Assembly: GCF_018350175.1 (NCBI RefSeq)
Contig: NC_058368.1
Location: 179,678,001 to 179,742,000 of the forward strand
Length of the DNA: 64,000 bases
Source of the DNA: Felis catus
Taxonomy: Eukaryota
Direction of reading: 5' to 3'
Shown here: one piece after another, positions 49,200 through 61,859 of the stretch
Numbering within the stretch: position 1 is the first letter of the stretch
Layout of the letters: each line of letters begins with the position of its first letter
The notes under the pieces: generated by a model
Seen by the model: only the letters and a program-made list of their open reading frames with translations
Database searches by the model: none
Told to the model about the DNA's origin: nothing
Translations under genes and position numbers: made by a program

Positions 49200-50540
49200 C
49201 CTTGGGTAGTTCCCTGATTTAAAAGGAAAAAGAAAAGCCTTCTCAGTCTGTGAGCACGTGCATATACGTGCATTAGAATTGTTAATGTTTCTTTGAAGAG
49301 AGGTAAAATTTATGTGTGGTTTAACCAAACGATGTGTCTCCAGTGGGGGAGAAAACCGCCCCTGACCCCATTAAACACTATTTGTGATGCATGGGGGCGG
49401 GGGGGGGGCAACCTTGAACTCTATGAGCGTGAGAAAACAAAGGGGAAATCGAAATTGTGGATCTGCCAGAAACCTGCCATTCATAGAGCCCACAAATCAC
49501 AGGGAAACAAAGAGAAATGGAAAGATTTGGTATTAAAAACCCATTCTTCCCTGAACCTGTGCCAGCATCTATAAAACAATTACATGTGATCATACTTGAG
49601 GCTTTTCTGAGACACTAATTCTTCTCTTGACATTAAAATGTTGTACATGCTGCTTTCAAAATGTCGCACCCAGTCAAGAAGGGCACACATCAGAAGGGCA
49701 GACACAGCATGCAGGCCAGGTTAGCCCCGCTCCTGAAAACTGGGAATCCTCTGTGGTTTTCTTCCTTTTCTCCCCTGGGAAGTTTCCTTGGAGCTGCTAA
49801 TTTGTGACCCCCAGGGTGTGATATCCTTGCCTAGCTCCCAAACGGCTCCCTTGTTGCCAAGAGACCAGACAAGGGGGTGGTTGGTTCCCTAAGTTCCCCC
49901 CACACTCCCTCGTCCAAAATTTGAGAAAACTCACCAAAGCTCATGACCAGGAGAAGGTGAGGAGGCTTCAAGCGTGGCCCAAGGTGGAATGAATGCACAT
50001 GCTCAGTTACTGTGAGAAAGCTGACCCCCAGATCCATTTGTGGATGCTGAGTTCCTCATCGTGTTCAATGGGTCTTTGATTTAAGATTAAATAGGGCCCC
50101 TGTGTGAAATCGGCTGGTAGTTTTAAAAGCCTTTTCATTTTGACAGGTGAAAACTTCATTAGAATTACCCTATGCAAAGATGTCAGGAAAAATATACAAA
50201 GGGAAATTGGAAAATGTGATTGAGTCGAGCGTGCGCTTCCTCTGTCCTGGTGTTTCTGCACGGGCATATTTATTTCTCATGCACTTGCTGTTTGGCATGT
50301 CCCCTAATTGAGGCTTAGATGTAAAAATGCACAAAAGGCAGGTGATTCCACGGCTTTTGGCTCCTTGCTGGCATGGCTTCACTGGCTCATTTCTTGGCAG
50401 GGGACCCATCTTTGGATCAAATGTGGGGGTATTTCCAAATTGAGCTTTGAGAGGAAGAGCCCAGAGAAGGAGAGGCAAGAAGAAAAATAGGTGAATTAAG
50501 TGAAAAGCATGTTGTGGGCCAATTTAATTAGAGCTAATAT
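49200..50540. promoter_or_regulatory. Long repeat-free island with enhancer-like motif clusters
   Basis: No recognisable TE over ~1.3 kb. Contains TGATTTA, CTATAAAA, TTGACAGGTG and TTTAATTA motifs. Conservation is not verified. Confidence 0.3.
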
Positions 50541-51314
50541 ATCAGGCCCCATATTGTTTTTGGAACTGGATTCGGGAGTAACAGGATCCCTGACAAGTTG
50601 TAGCCAGCCCTGCTAACGAGTGACTCTGGAGTTCACAGACCGGTCTTGAGGAAACCCCAACACAGAGCAGAAAGTGGCAAGTCGTCTCTGGTGGCAGGGG
50701 TGGGACACGGGGCCAACCATGGCTCTTTCTTCCCTTGGTCTCACTGCCCTTCCTGCTGAGGAGAGACAAGGGCTGGGAGCAAGGGCTTCTGGCAGCGTGG
50801 CTGGCCTTGGGCCGTGCAGGCCTGCCCTGGCCAGAGGTATGGGCCTGCTTTCAGAAAGCTCCTGTATGGAGAGCTGCACATATTCCATCTGGGCCAAGAA
50901 AACGGTCAGACCCTTCCATCTCCCAGTCACAGCATGGGGACCATGGGGAAGGGGCTCTGAGGTATGTAATTTAATCCCCACATTTTGTGAATAGAAAAGG
51001 ACTGGCCCAGAGTAGGCAAGGGTCTCACTCCCCACGTACACTGCTGGCTTCGGCCCAAGGGAAGACTTAGGAGACTGGCAGCCAGGCAGAATTGACCTTT
51101 CTTTTGCTAGGGACCACAAGCTCCCATATCCTCTGCTTGGTTTCCCTCACAGACTTTGAGGATTACTTGAGCCATGGCTTCTCAAACCCTTCCTCAGAGG
51201 CTACAATCCAGGGACACTTCTAGGAGGAAGGGGCCACACGTCCACTTCCAAGAAAATAGGTTTGATTTGTCTGTTTTATGTAACGTGCTGGGGAGAAACC
51301 CTACTCCTTGTGGT

Positions 51315-51511
51315 CAAACACAGTCCTCACTATTTGTAAGCTGTGTGACTGAATATGTTATCTTACCTCTTCTTTGTCCCCAATTTCCACCTCTGAGAAA
51401 TGGGAGTAGAATAATAGTACGTATTTAACAGGATTTCTAGGGAGATTCAATGAGCCAGTGTATGTAACACAGCAAGAATGGGACCTGGATGTAATAATCA
51501 CTCAAAAATGT
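51315..51511 (+). mobile_element. MIR SINE
   Basis: 'agctgtgtgact...caatttccacctctgagaaatggg..aataatagtac...gagattcaatgag'. Confidence 0.75.

Positions 51512-51547
<36 letters not shown>
51512..51547. repeat. (TAC)12 microsatellite at a MIR 3' tail
   Basis: Perfect TAC repeat directly after the MIR end. Confidence 0.95.
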
Positions 51548-51548
<1 letters not shown>

Positions 51549-51673
51549 GTTTATTTGTATTACCATGGTTATTATCATATTAGAGTTGTAGGAAAGATTC
51601 AGTTTGAAGAAAAAGGGGGTTTCCTGAAGGATAAAACAAGTTTGAAATCTACTGATTTGGAACAGAAGTAACC

Positions 51674-52227
51674 TGTGATAGTAAGTTCAATATGTCAACT
51701 TGACAGGGCCATGGGATGCCCAGATATTTGGTCAAACATTAACCTGGGTGTTTCTGTAAGGGTGTTTCTGGATGAGATTAACATTTGAATCGCTAGACCA
51801 AATAAAGCACTCTGTGGTGTGGGTGGGCCTCATCCAATCAGTTGAAGGCCTGAATAGAACAAAAAGGCTGACCTCTCCCGACTAAGAAACCATTCTCCTG
51901 CCTGACAGCCTTTGAACTAGGACATCAACTCCTCCTGGTTCTATAGCAGCCTACTGGCCTTTGAACTCAGACTGATTTGTCTGTTTTATGTAAGGGACAT
52001 CAGCTGTATAGATTTGGACTTGTCAGTCTCCATATAATAAATCTTTCTTTATATGTGTATCTGTATGCATATAACTACACACTTATTATATATGGAGTAT
52101 AGAATATATTCTATATGTAACATGTGTATATAACAGGATATAGATACATATATGTGTATGTATACACACATACACACACATAATATGTACCTCCTATTGG
52201 TTCTGCTTCTCTGAGAACCCTAATACA
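51674..52227 (+). mobile_element. ERVL MLT2 (B/D-like) solo LTR
   Basis: TGTGAT...'tgtcaacttgac...gggtgtttctg...gatgagattaacatttgaatc...cctattggttctg..tctctgagaaccctaataca'. TSD taacc/tgacc; internal TA/CA-rich expansion. Confidence 0.93.
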
Positions 52228-52257
52228 TGACCTAAGGACCACACTTGGCCCTCAGTA

Positions 52258-52258
<1 letters not shown>

Positions 52259-52292
<34 letters not shown>
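52259..52292. repeat. (TG)n microsatellite
   Basis: Perfect TG run. Confidence 0.95.
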
Positions 52293-52293
<1 letters not shown>

Positions 52294-52569
52294 ACATGTA
52301 TGCATGATTGTCTACATGTTTTCATGTTAAAAATAATCCACATATCCAGTTTCTTTGAAAAATCATAAGGTATAGTAGCAGTAGTCTCAAATTGGCTGGA
52401 AGTGATTTCAGCTTATTCCCATTAGGACACGTGATCCCCAGTTCTCACCCAGACCTAGACATATATACTCCTTTTTATAGCCAGCTCTACATAGGGAATA
52501 GAGAAAATTTTTGAGGGATACTGGGAAAGTTGATTGCCCTCTAGAATACAAGATTCATTCATATAGTCA

Positions 52570-53110
52570 ATAGCACTGGTAGGTGGCATGGTGAATTAGA
52601 CATAACTTAAGGAGCTCATTGTCTTAGAGAACAGACATTTGAGTGGAAAACTTAAGTGCTGAATGGTAAGGGGTAGATCAGATGAAAGGCCAGGTTCTCT
52701 GGGGTTATACAGTCTGGGATATAGGAGATGTTGAGGAAGGCCACTGGAAAGTGAGGAATCCTTGAATTGAGTCGTAAAGGTTGCATAGACATTTAGATAA
52801 CTGAGGAAGAAGATAAAAAATAGCTCTAAGAAGAGGGAATGGCATGTGCAAAGACCCTGTGGTAAGAGAAGCAGAATAGATTTAAAGAACATTTTGCCAT
52901 AGCTGGAGCATATGGTGGCACTTAGATGTTGAGGCCAGAGAGATAGGGAAAAGCAGAATCATCAGGATCATTTTTCTTGAAAATGATTCAAGACCATTAA
53001 GGATTTTTAGTAGAGAAATAACAGATATATTTCCATTTTAGGAAGATCTCTCTAGCTACATTATGGAGAACGAGTTGGGAGGAAAAGCTGTAGATAAGAT
53101 GACCAAGGAG
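52570..53110 (-). mobile_element. L2 LINE fragment
   Basis: 'aaggagctcattgtctt...gagggaatggcatgtgcaaagaccctgtgg...ttttaggaagatctctctagctacattatggagaa'. Confidence 0.75.
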
Positions 53111-54809
53111 TTGCCATGGAAGATGTCTGAAAGTCTAAGATTTCCATTCTAGTAGTTAAAGCTTGTATCCCTGTCATATTATATATGGGATAAGAACTTA
53201 ATCTCTATCACTCTTCATTGTGAATAAGTTCAGGGACCTTCTCCAGGAGGGGGTTTCCGTAGTAGGAGGTGCAGAAGGTAGTACGGCATTAAAAACAAAT
53301 GTCACTTATTCATGATTTTGCCCAGGTCGTATCCTATGAAGAGGGACCATTCAAGAGCTCAGTAATGACCTTTAGTGGGATGTTTATAGGCTGTTCTTCG
53401 GGACAAAGAGACAAAGGTCTCTGCCCCCTGATGCTCACATTTATGGCTTTCTTCTTGGAGAATGATGACCAGTTTTCCTTTGTTCCCTAAGACTATCAAA
53501 ATGAAAACACTATTTTCAGACGTCCATGGGACTCAGGGTGAGACTGAATGCTCAACATTAACTTTTCCTTTATAAAAATAAACAGAACTCAAAACCAGTT
53601 AGCCAGGATGAGTCCCTTGGGATTAGGACTCTGATTGTCAACTTTTACTTAGGCTCCCACAGTGGGCTGTTTGTTTAAACATCAGGAGGACATTTGGAGA
53701 GGCAGCAAACTAGCATTTTCTTGCCAGAAGATATTGTTGATAAATGGTGTTTCCCTGTGTCAGCTTATCATCAGTAACCATGGAGAGAATCCTAATGAGT
53801 CAGCCTGATCCTAAACCTTGAAGCACCCCTAGCCCTTTGGTAAAGATGGAAGCACCTAGAATTAGCCACAAGTTCACTAGGAGATGGAATGAGTCAGTAT
53901 CTGCTCTGGCCTCTCCCCCCCATCTCAGGCTTATGATGGAAGTTCTGGTACAGGTCATCATGAGGAAGGTTGTAGATCATGTTCTTGGTGGCTTTGTATC
54001 CCTGTTTTCCCTCGGTGTCTAAAGAAATGATCCAACATTGAAAGGGATCTCACACATCATGTGTTGAGTGACCAATTTCTTCCCTCTGCCTAGGTGAGAG
54101 CATGGACCCTCTTGCATTTTAGAACATCTTGCCTGCTTTCATTTCCAGAGCACTTTCTTGGCACTCTTCCCTTTGTGGCTGAAATAACCCTATGAAGGTG
54201 CAGTTCATAATCCCTATTTAACTAATAGGTAGACTGAAGTTTGTCTGCTTTGAAGATCTTGACCCAAGTTCACGAAGCTTCCATAATTGCTCCAGGACTG
54301 AACCCAGCTGTTAAATCCAGAGCATTTTGCTGTCCCGTCTTCCGCATCCAGCTGGTGGCTGTAACATTGTCTCCTCGGGCCCAGGGGAATCCTGCAGTGC
54401 CACTCTTCCTTGGCTTTCCTTGTTTTGAACTGGATCCCACACTCTGCCCAGCTCTGCTGCAGGCCTGCATCTCCCTGCTTCTACTCTGTTATCACTGAAT
54501 CCTGAGCACTCAAGGAACCAGAGGAGGGCTTGACAGGGTGATTAGATACATTGGAGGTGAGGCAGAGCAAGGCCCTCCGAGCTCAAGGCCAGTTGCTTCT
54601 CTGACATCTCCCTGGGGAAGAAGCTGCTCTCTGGCTCAAGGTCAGTTGGCCTTTGTTTAAGTAAACCCAGTAAGTGGGACTGGACCTCTCTCTACCAGCT
54701 GGCAAAAGTCCCACTTGCCTTCAGCACTCGCCTTAGGTGAGTATTACCTGGACACCTTGTTCACTGTACCATGAGCCACTGAGGCTGAGACCAAGGTTAT
54801 GTGGCAGGG

Positions 54810-54990
54810 CACTGTTACAGTTAGGTCAGTAGCTGTATGACCCACTTAGAGGATGTTTTCGTATTTGTGAAATAGAGCCAATAATCGTACCTGATCAAAA
54901 AGTTATTATGAGGATAAAATGGCATGATGTCTAGAAAGTATTCAGCACTATGAAGGGCACACAGTAGGTGGCCATCATGTCAGTTGTTGT
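54810..54990 (+). mobile_element. MIR SINE
   Basis: 'tagctgtatgacc...gttattatgaggataaaatgg...gcacacagtaggtg'. Confidence 0.65.
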
Positions 54991-55136
54991 TGTTATTTTT
55001 TTTTATTATATTGTATTGCTAGTGTCTAGAAGGTACATATGAATGGGAGAGAGGAGGAGGAGGCAACCTGGAAGGAAGAATTGATTGGATTAAGAAATGA
55101 TGAATGATTGAATAGCTGATGAACAAGTCATATGTG

Positions 55137-55608
55137 TGTATTAGTCAGGCCTTTCCAGAGAACAGCCAAAAGGAGATGATAGGCAGGTGGATGGAGATTT
55201 AGTGTAAGGAATTCGCTTTTGCAACTACAGAGGCTGAGAAGCCCTACAATCTGCCGTTTGTAAACTGGAGACCCAAGGAAGCCAATGGTAACTCACTCTG
55301 ATGCCAAAGGTCTCAGAACCAAGGAGCCGATGGTATAAATTCCAGTCCAAGAGCAGGGGGAGATGAGCTGAGATGTTCCAACTCAGTCAGTGAGGCAGGA
55401 TAAAAGGGGTAAATTCCTTCTTCCTCTGCCTTTTGTTCTATCCAGGCCCTTAACAGATTGGATGAAGCCCACCCACACTAGCTAGGGAGGGCCATCTACT
55501 TCCCTGAGTCCATAGATCCAAATGTTAATCTTACCTGGAATGCCCTGATAGACACCCCTAGATGTAGTGTTTAATTTGGGCACCCATGGCACAAAATTAA
55601 CTGTCACA
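55137..55608 (-). mobile_element. ERVL MLT2 solo LTR
   Basis: 'tgtattagtcagg..tttccagagaac...gaggctgagaag...aaactggagacccaaggaagcc...gattggatgaagcccacccac...aaaattaactgtcaca'. Confidence 0.92.
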
Positions 55609-57989
55609 TACAAGCATGAGGATAAAAACAAGGCCCAACAGTACCCTGAATCCTTCCCACCAGCCTGATATGTCAAGGGCACTGCCTTTGGGGGCTGCTG
55701 TGCCTATGAATCACCTGTTTTGTGAAAACACAAATCATAACCTGAGAGGCATATTCCACACTGATCAGAGATCCCAAAAACTGGGAAGGGCAGTCCAAAG
55801 AGATGGCAGAAGTCTAAGAAGGCATGGACCAGGGAAGATGCTTGCTTAGTGTTCAGACCATCTCTGGAAAAGGTCAAACAGAGGGAGTGGGTTTTTGAAA
55901 CCTTCACCAGGCCATGGGGAACAGGCCTGAGCTCCTGAGCTTTTGTGGTGGTGGGGGATGGGGTGGGCAGACACCCGAGATCTGACCTCTGAGCTCAGTG
56001 CTCTGGCCTCCTCTTGCCTGTCCAGGTGTGTGACCCTCCTACCCCCCTGGAATGCGGCCGTGCTGGAGATGTAATCAGCAGAATTCCTCTGACTTCTCAA
56101 GAAATGCCCCTTTGGGAGGGAAAAGTACAAACAGGCTGGGAAAATGCGAATCCTGTTTCTGTGGCTGAACAATTGCTCCATTGTAATGACCGTGTGCCGC
56201 AAGGTAGAAGTCTAAGATTTCAAATGACATCTTTGTCAGAAGCCATCCACATGTAACTTACATCGTTTGATGCATTTGTAGGAGGGCACGTCAGCTTCAT
56301 CCACCCTTGCTGTTGTGTTTATTTGCTGAGCTATTTTATGTCTACCAAATTATATGCAACATCTCTCTTTCTGGAATTATTGGAGCTGGAAATATCCAGA
56401 ACTAGACTCATGTGATGTGTGGAATGGTAGATGGTGAATCTATCAATAGATGGGATCCTCTGTGCCTACAGCATTTGTTCAGATTCTGGATTAATGTCAT
56501 CTAAATAGCCTCCCCTGAATCTCTGGGCTCAGTAAAGAAAACCTCTGCATCTGCTAGGAATGGATTCACACTCAGGCCAAAAATGTGCCTAAGTTTGTGC
56601 TTAATTATTAGTTGCATGTGGAGAGGTGTATGTGCATGGGCCTGGTGTGGGCAGGGGATGCCCACATTGAAAAAGATGAGGTTCTTTTTGTAGAAGGAAA
56701 GACACTTGGTCACTCTGTTCCTTGGAAAGGAGAGTTCTTCCTTGAGTAATTTGTGACCAAATACTGGTCTCCAAGCCATGAAACCCCACGTGTGAGAAGA
56801 TGTCAGCTCTCCAAAAGAAATAAAACCAAGCTGGGCCCAGTGATAACCATCAAGAAGGCATGGGCAGCCTGCCCAGAGTCAGAGTTTTCCTTTGCTCTGG
56901 GCGTCCCTTCTGACGGGTTTTCCCCAAACTGGGAATAAGCACTTGTCAAGTATATTAAAACATTAAAAAGGAGGAGAACATTTAGAATGGTCCCGGATTC
57001 AGGCCCCTTGGGAGTTCCCCACTTATATTTTTAAAACTCGGGCCTTGGCAGGTCTTGGCTTTCCAGTTGGCATGAGATGGAGTGGAAAATACACTTGATC
57101 CTCCAAGTTGTGCCTGGGAGCTGAGTTTGAACCTAACAAAGGGCAGATGAGGGGCAGCACTTGGGAAGCTCTGGGGCTCCAGAGCAAGCTGCAGAACACC
57201 AGTGTCAACTTGGCAGCACTCCTGGTACTGCCACTTCACCTGGCTATTCCCCCTAAACCACCTGTGGCTGAAACTGCCCATGGCTGCTAAGCTCACATTA
57301 TCCATAACTGCTCTTCTTGCAGAATAAACATCTCCCTGGTAGTCTGCCCTTGATAGTCCCCAAACTGTCCCTAAGAGGTCACAGCACATGGCTAAACACA
57401 ATTGTAAAAGCGCATATACCTTTAACAGTAGTATTCTTGTATTCCCTTCTCTTGACCTCCCTTCCTCCTTCCGTCCCTCCCTCTCTCTCCTCCCCATTCC
57501 CCCTTTTCTTCCCTCCCATCCCTCTGTTCCCCCTTTCATTCACCTAGTCATCCATCCATTCCCTTGTCATCCTTTTGTGGGAAGCTAGTTTTAATGTCCC
57601 TTCTCAAACTTCCTGGACCAAGGCGGGAAGAAAAGCGAGGATCTGAGGATCTCTATCCAAAGAGGGGAGTTAAGAGCTACAGTGTCTCAGTGCTATAGGC
57701 AGGGTAAGGTGAACACTGCTGGTAGAGCAGGTAGGTTGTAGTGTTTCAGCATTGGGTAGATGCCCAGCCACATTGAGTGCTACTATAGTGAATCTTAACC
57801 TAAGGCTCATGCGTGGCACTTGAGGGCTCTCTGAATGACCTGAAATTGTAGGCAAAATGTGTGTGGATATTCCTGGGAAGAAAGTCCAGTAGAACCATCA
57901 GATTCGCAGTTGTAAGAACCATCTGGGACTTAAATTACTGACTAGCTAAGTTTTAACCCATCTTCATTCTACCTTTTCTCCCCTTAATA

Positions 57990-58230
57990 GTAGGAAGACA
58001 TTGTGGTATAGTAATTAAAAAAAAAAAAAAAAAAAAGACTGGAGACATGCTACCTGGATAATGCCAGCTCTACCAATTACCAGCTAGCTATGTGACCTTG
58101 AAGAATTACTTAATTTACTGAGCTTCAGTTCTGCTACTTCATAGGAATATTCAATGGATTAAATGAGATAATGTGGGCAAAGTATATAGTAGTGGGCATA
58201 CTGCATCTAAGGGGCTCAGGAATTTAGTAA
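57990..58230 (+). mobile_element. MIR SINE with internal poly-A expansion (58017-58036)
   Basis: 'tagctatgtgaccttgaagaattacttaa..ctgagcttcagtt...ggattaaatgagataatg'. Confidence 0.8.
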
Positions 58231-58306
58231 TCATCGGTGCTATGGTATCATAACCTAGAAATACCCATAAGATGCCAGTGTTCTAGTTTGAAGGTATGCT
58301 CTAAAC

Positions 58307-58531
58307 CAAGGGATAGCAAACTATGACCTGTGGGCCAAATCCTGCCCAATGGCTGTTTTTATAAATACAGTTTTATTAGAACACAGCCACGCCCAGTCAT
58401 GTACATATAGCCTATGGCTGCTTTTAAACCACAAGCACAGACTTGAGCAGTTACGATAAGAACTGTATGGCCTGCAGAGCCTAAAATATTTACTACCTGA
58501 GGCTTTACAGAAAAACATTTGCCAACCCCTG
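58307..58531 (+). mobile_element. MER58A hAT-Charlie MITE
   Basis: TIRs caagggatagcaaac...tttgccaacccctg, with internal 'gttttattagaacacagccacgccc...ctatggctgcttt...aaaatatttacta'. Confidence 0.92.
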
Positions 58532-58549
58532 CTATATAAACAGTCAGAA

Positions 58550-59025
58550 AACAATAATCTACCCTGGAGATTACCCTGTACTCACAAGTACACAAGGAGG
58601 CACAGACAAGGATGTTTGTAACATCATTATTTTACTCTCAAATAGCTGAGACCAATCTAAATGTCAACCAGAGGAGGAGTGCTGTGCTCATACTGTGGCA
58701 GATAAAAAGAATGAATTTTATCTATATTGAGTAATGTGGAAAAGTCTCCAGTAGGGATTGTTGAGCAAAAAAAGCAAGAATGTTTTCATTTGTGTAAAAC
58801 ATGCCAAACATATTGTATATTTTCTACTAGTTCATATGTAAATATGCAGATGCTTAGAAAGGACACTGGAAAAATATGCAACAAATAGATAATAACGCTC
58901 GCCTTTGAGGAAGAACGGAGCTTGGGGTTTTTGTCAGTAGAGACTTTAACCCTCTCCATAATGCTTTCATATTATGACCAGGAGAATGCATTCATGTATT
59001 TCTTGTTTAATTAAAATGTATTGAA
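58550..59025 (+). mobile_element. Old L1ME-type 3' fragment
   Basis: 'acaaggatgttt...aatctaaatgtcaacca...ttgttgagcaaaaaaagcaag...aatgcattcatgtatttcttgt'. Confidence 0.6.
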
Positions 59026-60013
59026 AGAACAGTGTATGTAAAATGAAAGACACTTGGGCAGAACATTGAGGGATGGGTGTGATTCTGATAGGTGGAATGA
59101 TGAGGGAAGAACATGAGGCCAAGCAGAAGAAGGACTACAAGAGCAAAACAGTGGCAGGGAGGCAGGGAGGCACTGATGTCACTGGGCAATGAGGACAGTG
59201 ACCAGTGTGGCAGGTCACTGAATGGCAGAAGGTGAGGCTCAGGGAGGGGAGGCAGACAATTAGCATGAAAGGAAGTCATTTATCACAGTAAAGGTCAGAA
59301 AGGAGAATTAAGGCATTACACCTAATGCCACCGTGGACCACTCCAGAGAGGCAGCAGGCTGGAAGGTCACAGATACTTACAGTGAGGCTGGACAGAGCCC
59401 TGGGGTCCACCTGGCCCTCCAGACTCGGGGATGGGGGGCTTACTCTTCTCAATTCTTCCCTTTTATTTTTTTTTTAATTCCCTCAGACTATGTTCTAGGG
59501 GAAGGAAAACATAATTCACTCTGCTTCTCAGGGCTTCGTAAAACAACAGGATAATTGGATAGTTAGGTTTGGTTTTTAGCATTAGGAGAAAAAAAAAATG
59601 CCTGTTTCTAAAACAGTTGCTGTAACACGTAAAAGTTCCAGTCAGATGTGGTTTGGGGCAAGATGACTCTGCATTGATATTTTTAACATAAGGAAATCAC
59701 CCAGTTGAAGGACACCTTAAATGTGCTTCCTGGGATGAGGAGCAATTATACAATAAACAAGAAGAAACTGAGTAAGGGGCCAGATTTGGGGCTCTCGTTT
59801 GAAATGAGGGTAGGCCTGGCTATGAGCATTTGGTAGAAATAGGAAGTAGGGCAAGGAAATAAAGTTTCAAGGCTACAGAGATGATTGTCAAACTTTGTCT
59901 CTGCCGTTAGATACTAAGGAAGCAGTCATTTTTTGCTGTCCCTCGTCAATCCAGTGTTCCCTGTGGTATAAGGTGCAACTAGTGAGACATGAGCCATCCG
60001 GGTCATCTCCAGG

Positions 60014-60218
60014 CAGGAACTGGTTGGCAAGCTGTTTCTGTAAAGAGTCAAATCGTAAATATTTTAGGATTTGCAGAACAGGGGGTCTCTGTCACAGCTG
60101 CTCAGCTCTGCTGTTGTGACATAAAAGTAGCTGTAGATAGTATATAGATGAATAGAGATGGCTATGTTCACATAAAACTTATAGATTTGGCCCACGAACC
60201 ATAGTTTGCCAGTCTCTG
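60014..60218 (-). mobile_element. MER58A hAT-Charlie MITE
   Basis: 'gttggcaagctgtttctgtaaag...gtaaatattttagg...atttggcccacgaaccatagtttgccagtctctg'. Confidence 0.85.
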
Positions 60219-60433
60219 TTCTAAAGCGGTGATTTTACACCTTAGGGTTATCAACACTATGTTTTCTCTCTTGGGGATTTGCCGTATGTTGGGAGGTGGT
60301 TAAGAGCAGAGGCTTTGAATTCTGTCCCAAAGCCCTTATTACATCTATGATCTTGGACAAACAGTGTAACATCATAAGCCTTAGTATCCTCATCTTTAAA
60401 ACAGAAATAATGCCTACGTCATTGGGCTCTTTT

Positions 60434-60639
60434 TTTTTTTAATTTTTTAAACTTTATTTATTTTGAGAGAGACAGAGCAGGAGCAGGGGAGGGGCATAGA
60501 GAGGAAGAGAGAGAATCCCAAGCAGGCTACGTGCCATCAGCACAGAGTCTGACACAGGGCTTGAACCCATGATACTGTGAGACCATGACCTGAGCTGAAA
60601 TCAAGAGTTGGGCACTCATCCAAGTAACCCAGGCACACC
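60434..60639 (-). mobile_element. Can-SINE (older type) inserted in a MIR
   Basis: 'gagagaatcccaagcaggc...catgacctgagctgaaatcaagagttgg...cccaggcacacc'. TSD tgggctctttt at 60423-60433 and 60640-60650. Confidence 0.95.
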
Positions 60640-60684
60640 TGGGCTCTTTTGAACAATAAGTTAAATTATTGAATGGAGACAGGA

Positions 60685-60925
60685 TAACATAGTGGTTAAG
60701 AATATAGAATGCAGACTTACTGGGCTCACACTCTGGTGCCAGCATTCATTAGCTCCATGATTTGGGGCCAGGTTCTTTTCATTTCCATTCCTCAGTTTCA
60801 TCATTTGAAAAATGGGATTAGTAATGATGTCTCCTTTGTCATATATTAAGACTGTGATTTGAGTTCATAGATAGGAAGAGCTTAGAACAGTGCTGGAAAC
60901 ATAGTGCACTCTTAATAAACATCAG
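60685..60925 (+). mobile_element. MIR SINE (a second, SINE-interrupted MIR lies at ~60290-60430)
   Basis: 'catagtggttaagaat...cctcagtttcatcatttgaaaaatggg...gcttagaacagtgctggaaacatagt'. Confidence 0.85.
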
Positions 60926-61329
60926 ATATGGTAGTAAGTGGTAGTAATTACTCTTACTATAAATATTTTGTTTTACATAGTAATAGAGTTTTACCTACTT
61001 ACAAGTTAATTAAAGCTGATTTAAGGCTATCCTTATGATAAGGTCACTCTTACTTGCAATGCAATGTAATTTTTTTTTTGAGAGGGTAAGAAACAAATGG
61101 ACCATCGTTTTATAATCAATAGTCTGTCTTATCTCTGACACAACCAGTGGAAAAAGCAACTAAATTCTACTAATCATACGTTAAGTATTGTAGAATAATT
61201 TAAAAAAATTAAAAACATGAGTTACTCTATTGTAGAACCTTCTTCCCATAAATTGGGGAAATAGGAAGGGTAGCAGGGTCAGGGTGTTCAGCAAAATGTC
61301 AGAACATTTAACTGAATGACTGACTTAAC

Positions 61330-61732
61330 CCACAGTATAATCCAGGTCTGGGTTAGTCAGCTTCTGGCCCTCACCCCACTCAACCCTGACCATAGGTTAG
61401 AGTGGACAGGTGACCTGAATGTGCCCAATTGTACTCCCAGGATTTTGCTGGACTTTGAGGAAAAAGAAGCCTTTTTCTTTCTCCTACTGTAGTTGGTTAG
61501 CTATGGGCTACAAACCTGGAGGAGCCAGAGACCTTTAAGTGAACAGAACCTGCTTAAGAGTGAAGCCAGGAAAGAGGAAAGCAAGAGAGTTAAATTCTTG
61601 ACATTACTTACCTCACCAGATCCAGCTGTACCTGGATCCTGTTAACCCCCATACTGTACAGTTATAAATAAATTCCCATTGTTCTTAAATCAGTTTCTGT
61701 CACTTGTACCTCATAGAGGCCTGACAAATATA
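61330..61732 (+). mobile_element. Old MaLR MLT1 (J/K-like) LTR
   Basis: 'caggtgacctgaatgtgcccaat...tccagctgtacctg...aataaattccc...tttctgtcacttg...cctgacaaata'. Confidence 0.65.
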
Positions 61733-61859
61733 TCCAACCTATTATGCTCTGACAGAACAAAAAAAAAATTGAAAATGATTTTCCAGAGCTCTCCTCCAGA
61801 TAAAACACGGCAAACTTCCTCCAACTCCTTAGAAATAAACCAGTCAACACTCTGGATTG

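Noticed and set aside
56982..57539. Longest ORF (185 aa, minus strand), and 143-168 aa ORFs at 39660-40252 and 50613-51119
   Set aside because: They have low-complexity or repeat-derived starts and no recognisable domain, overlap ORFs on the opposite strand, and have lengths compatible with chance.
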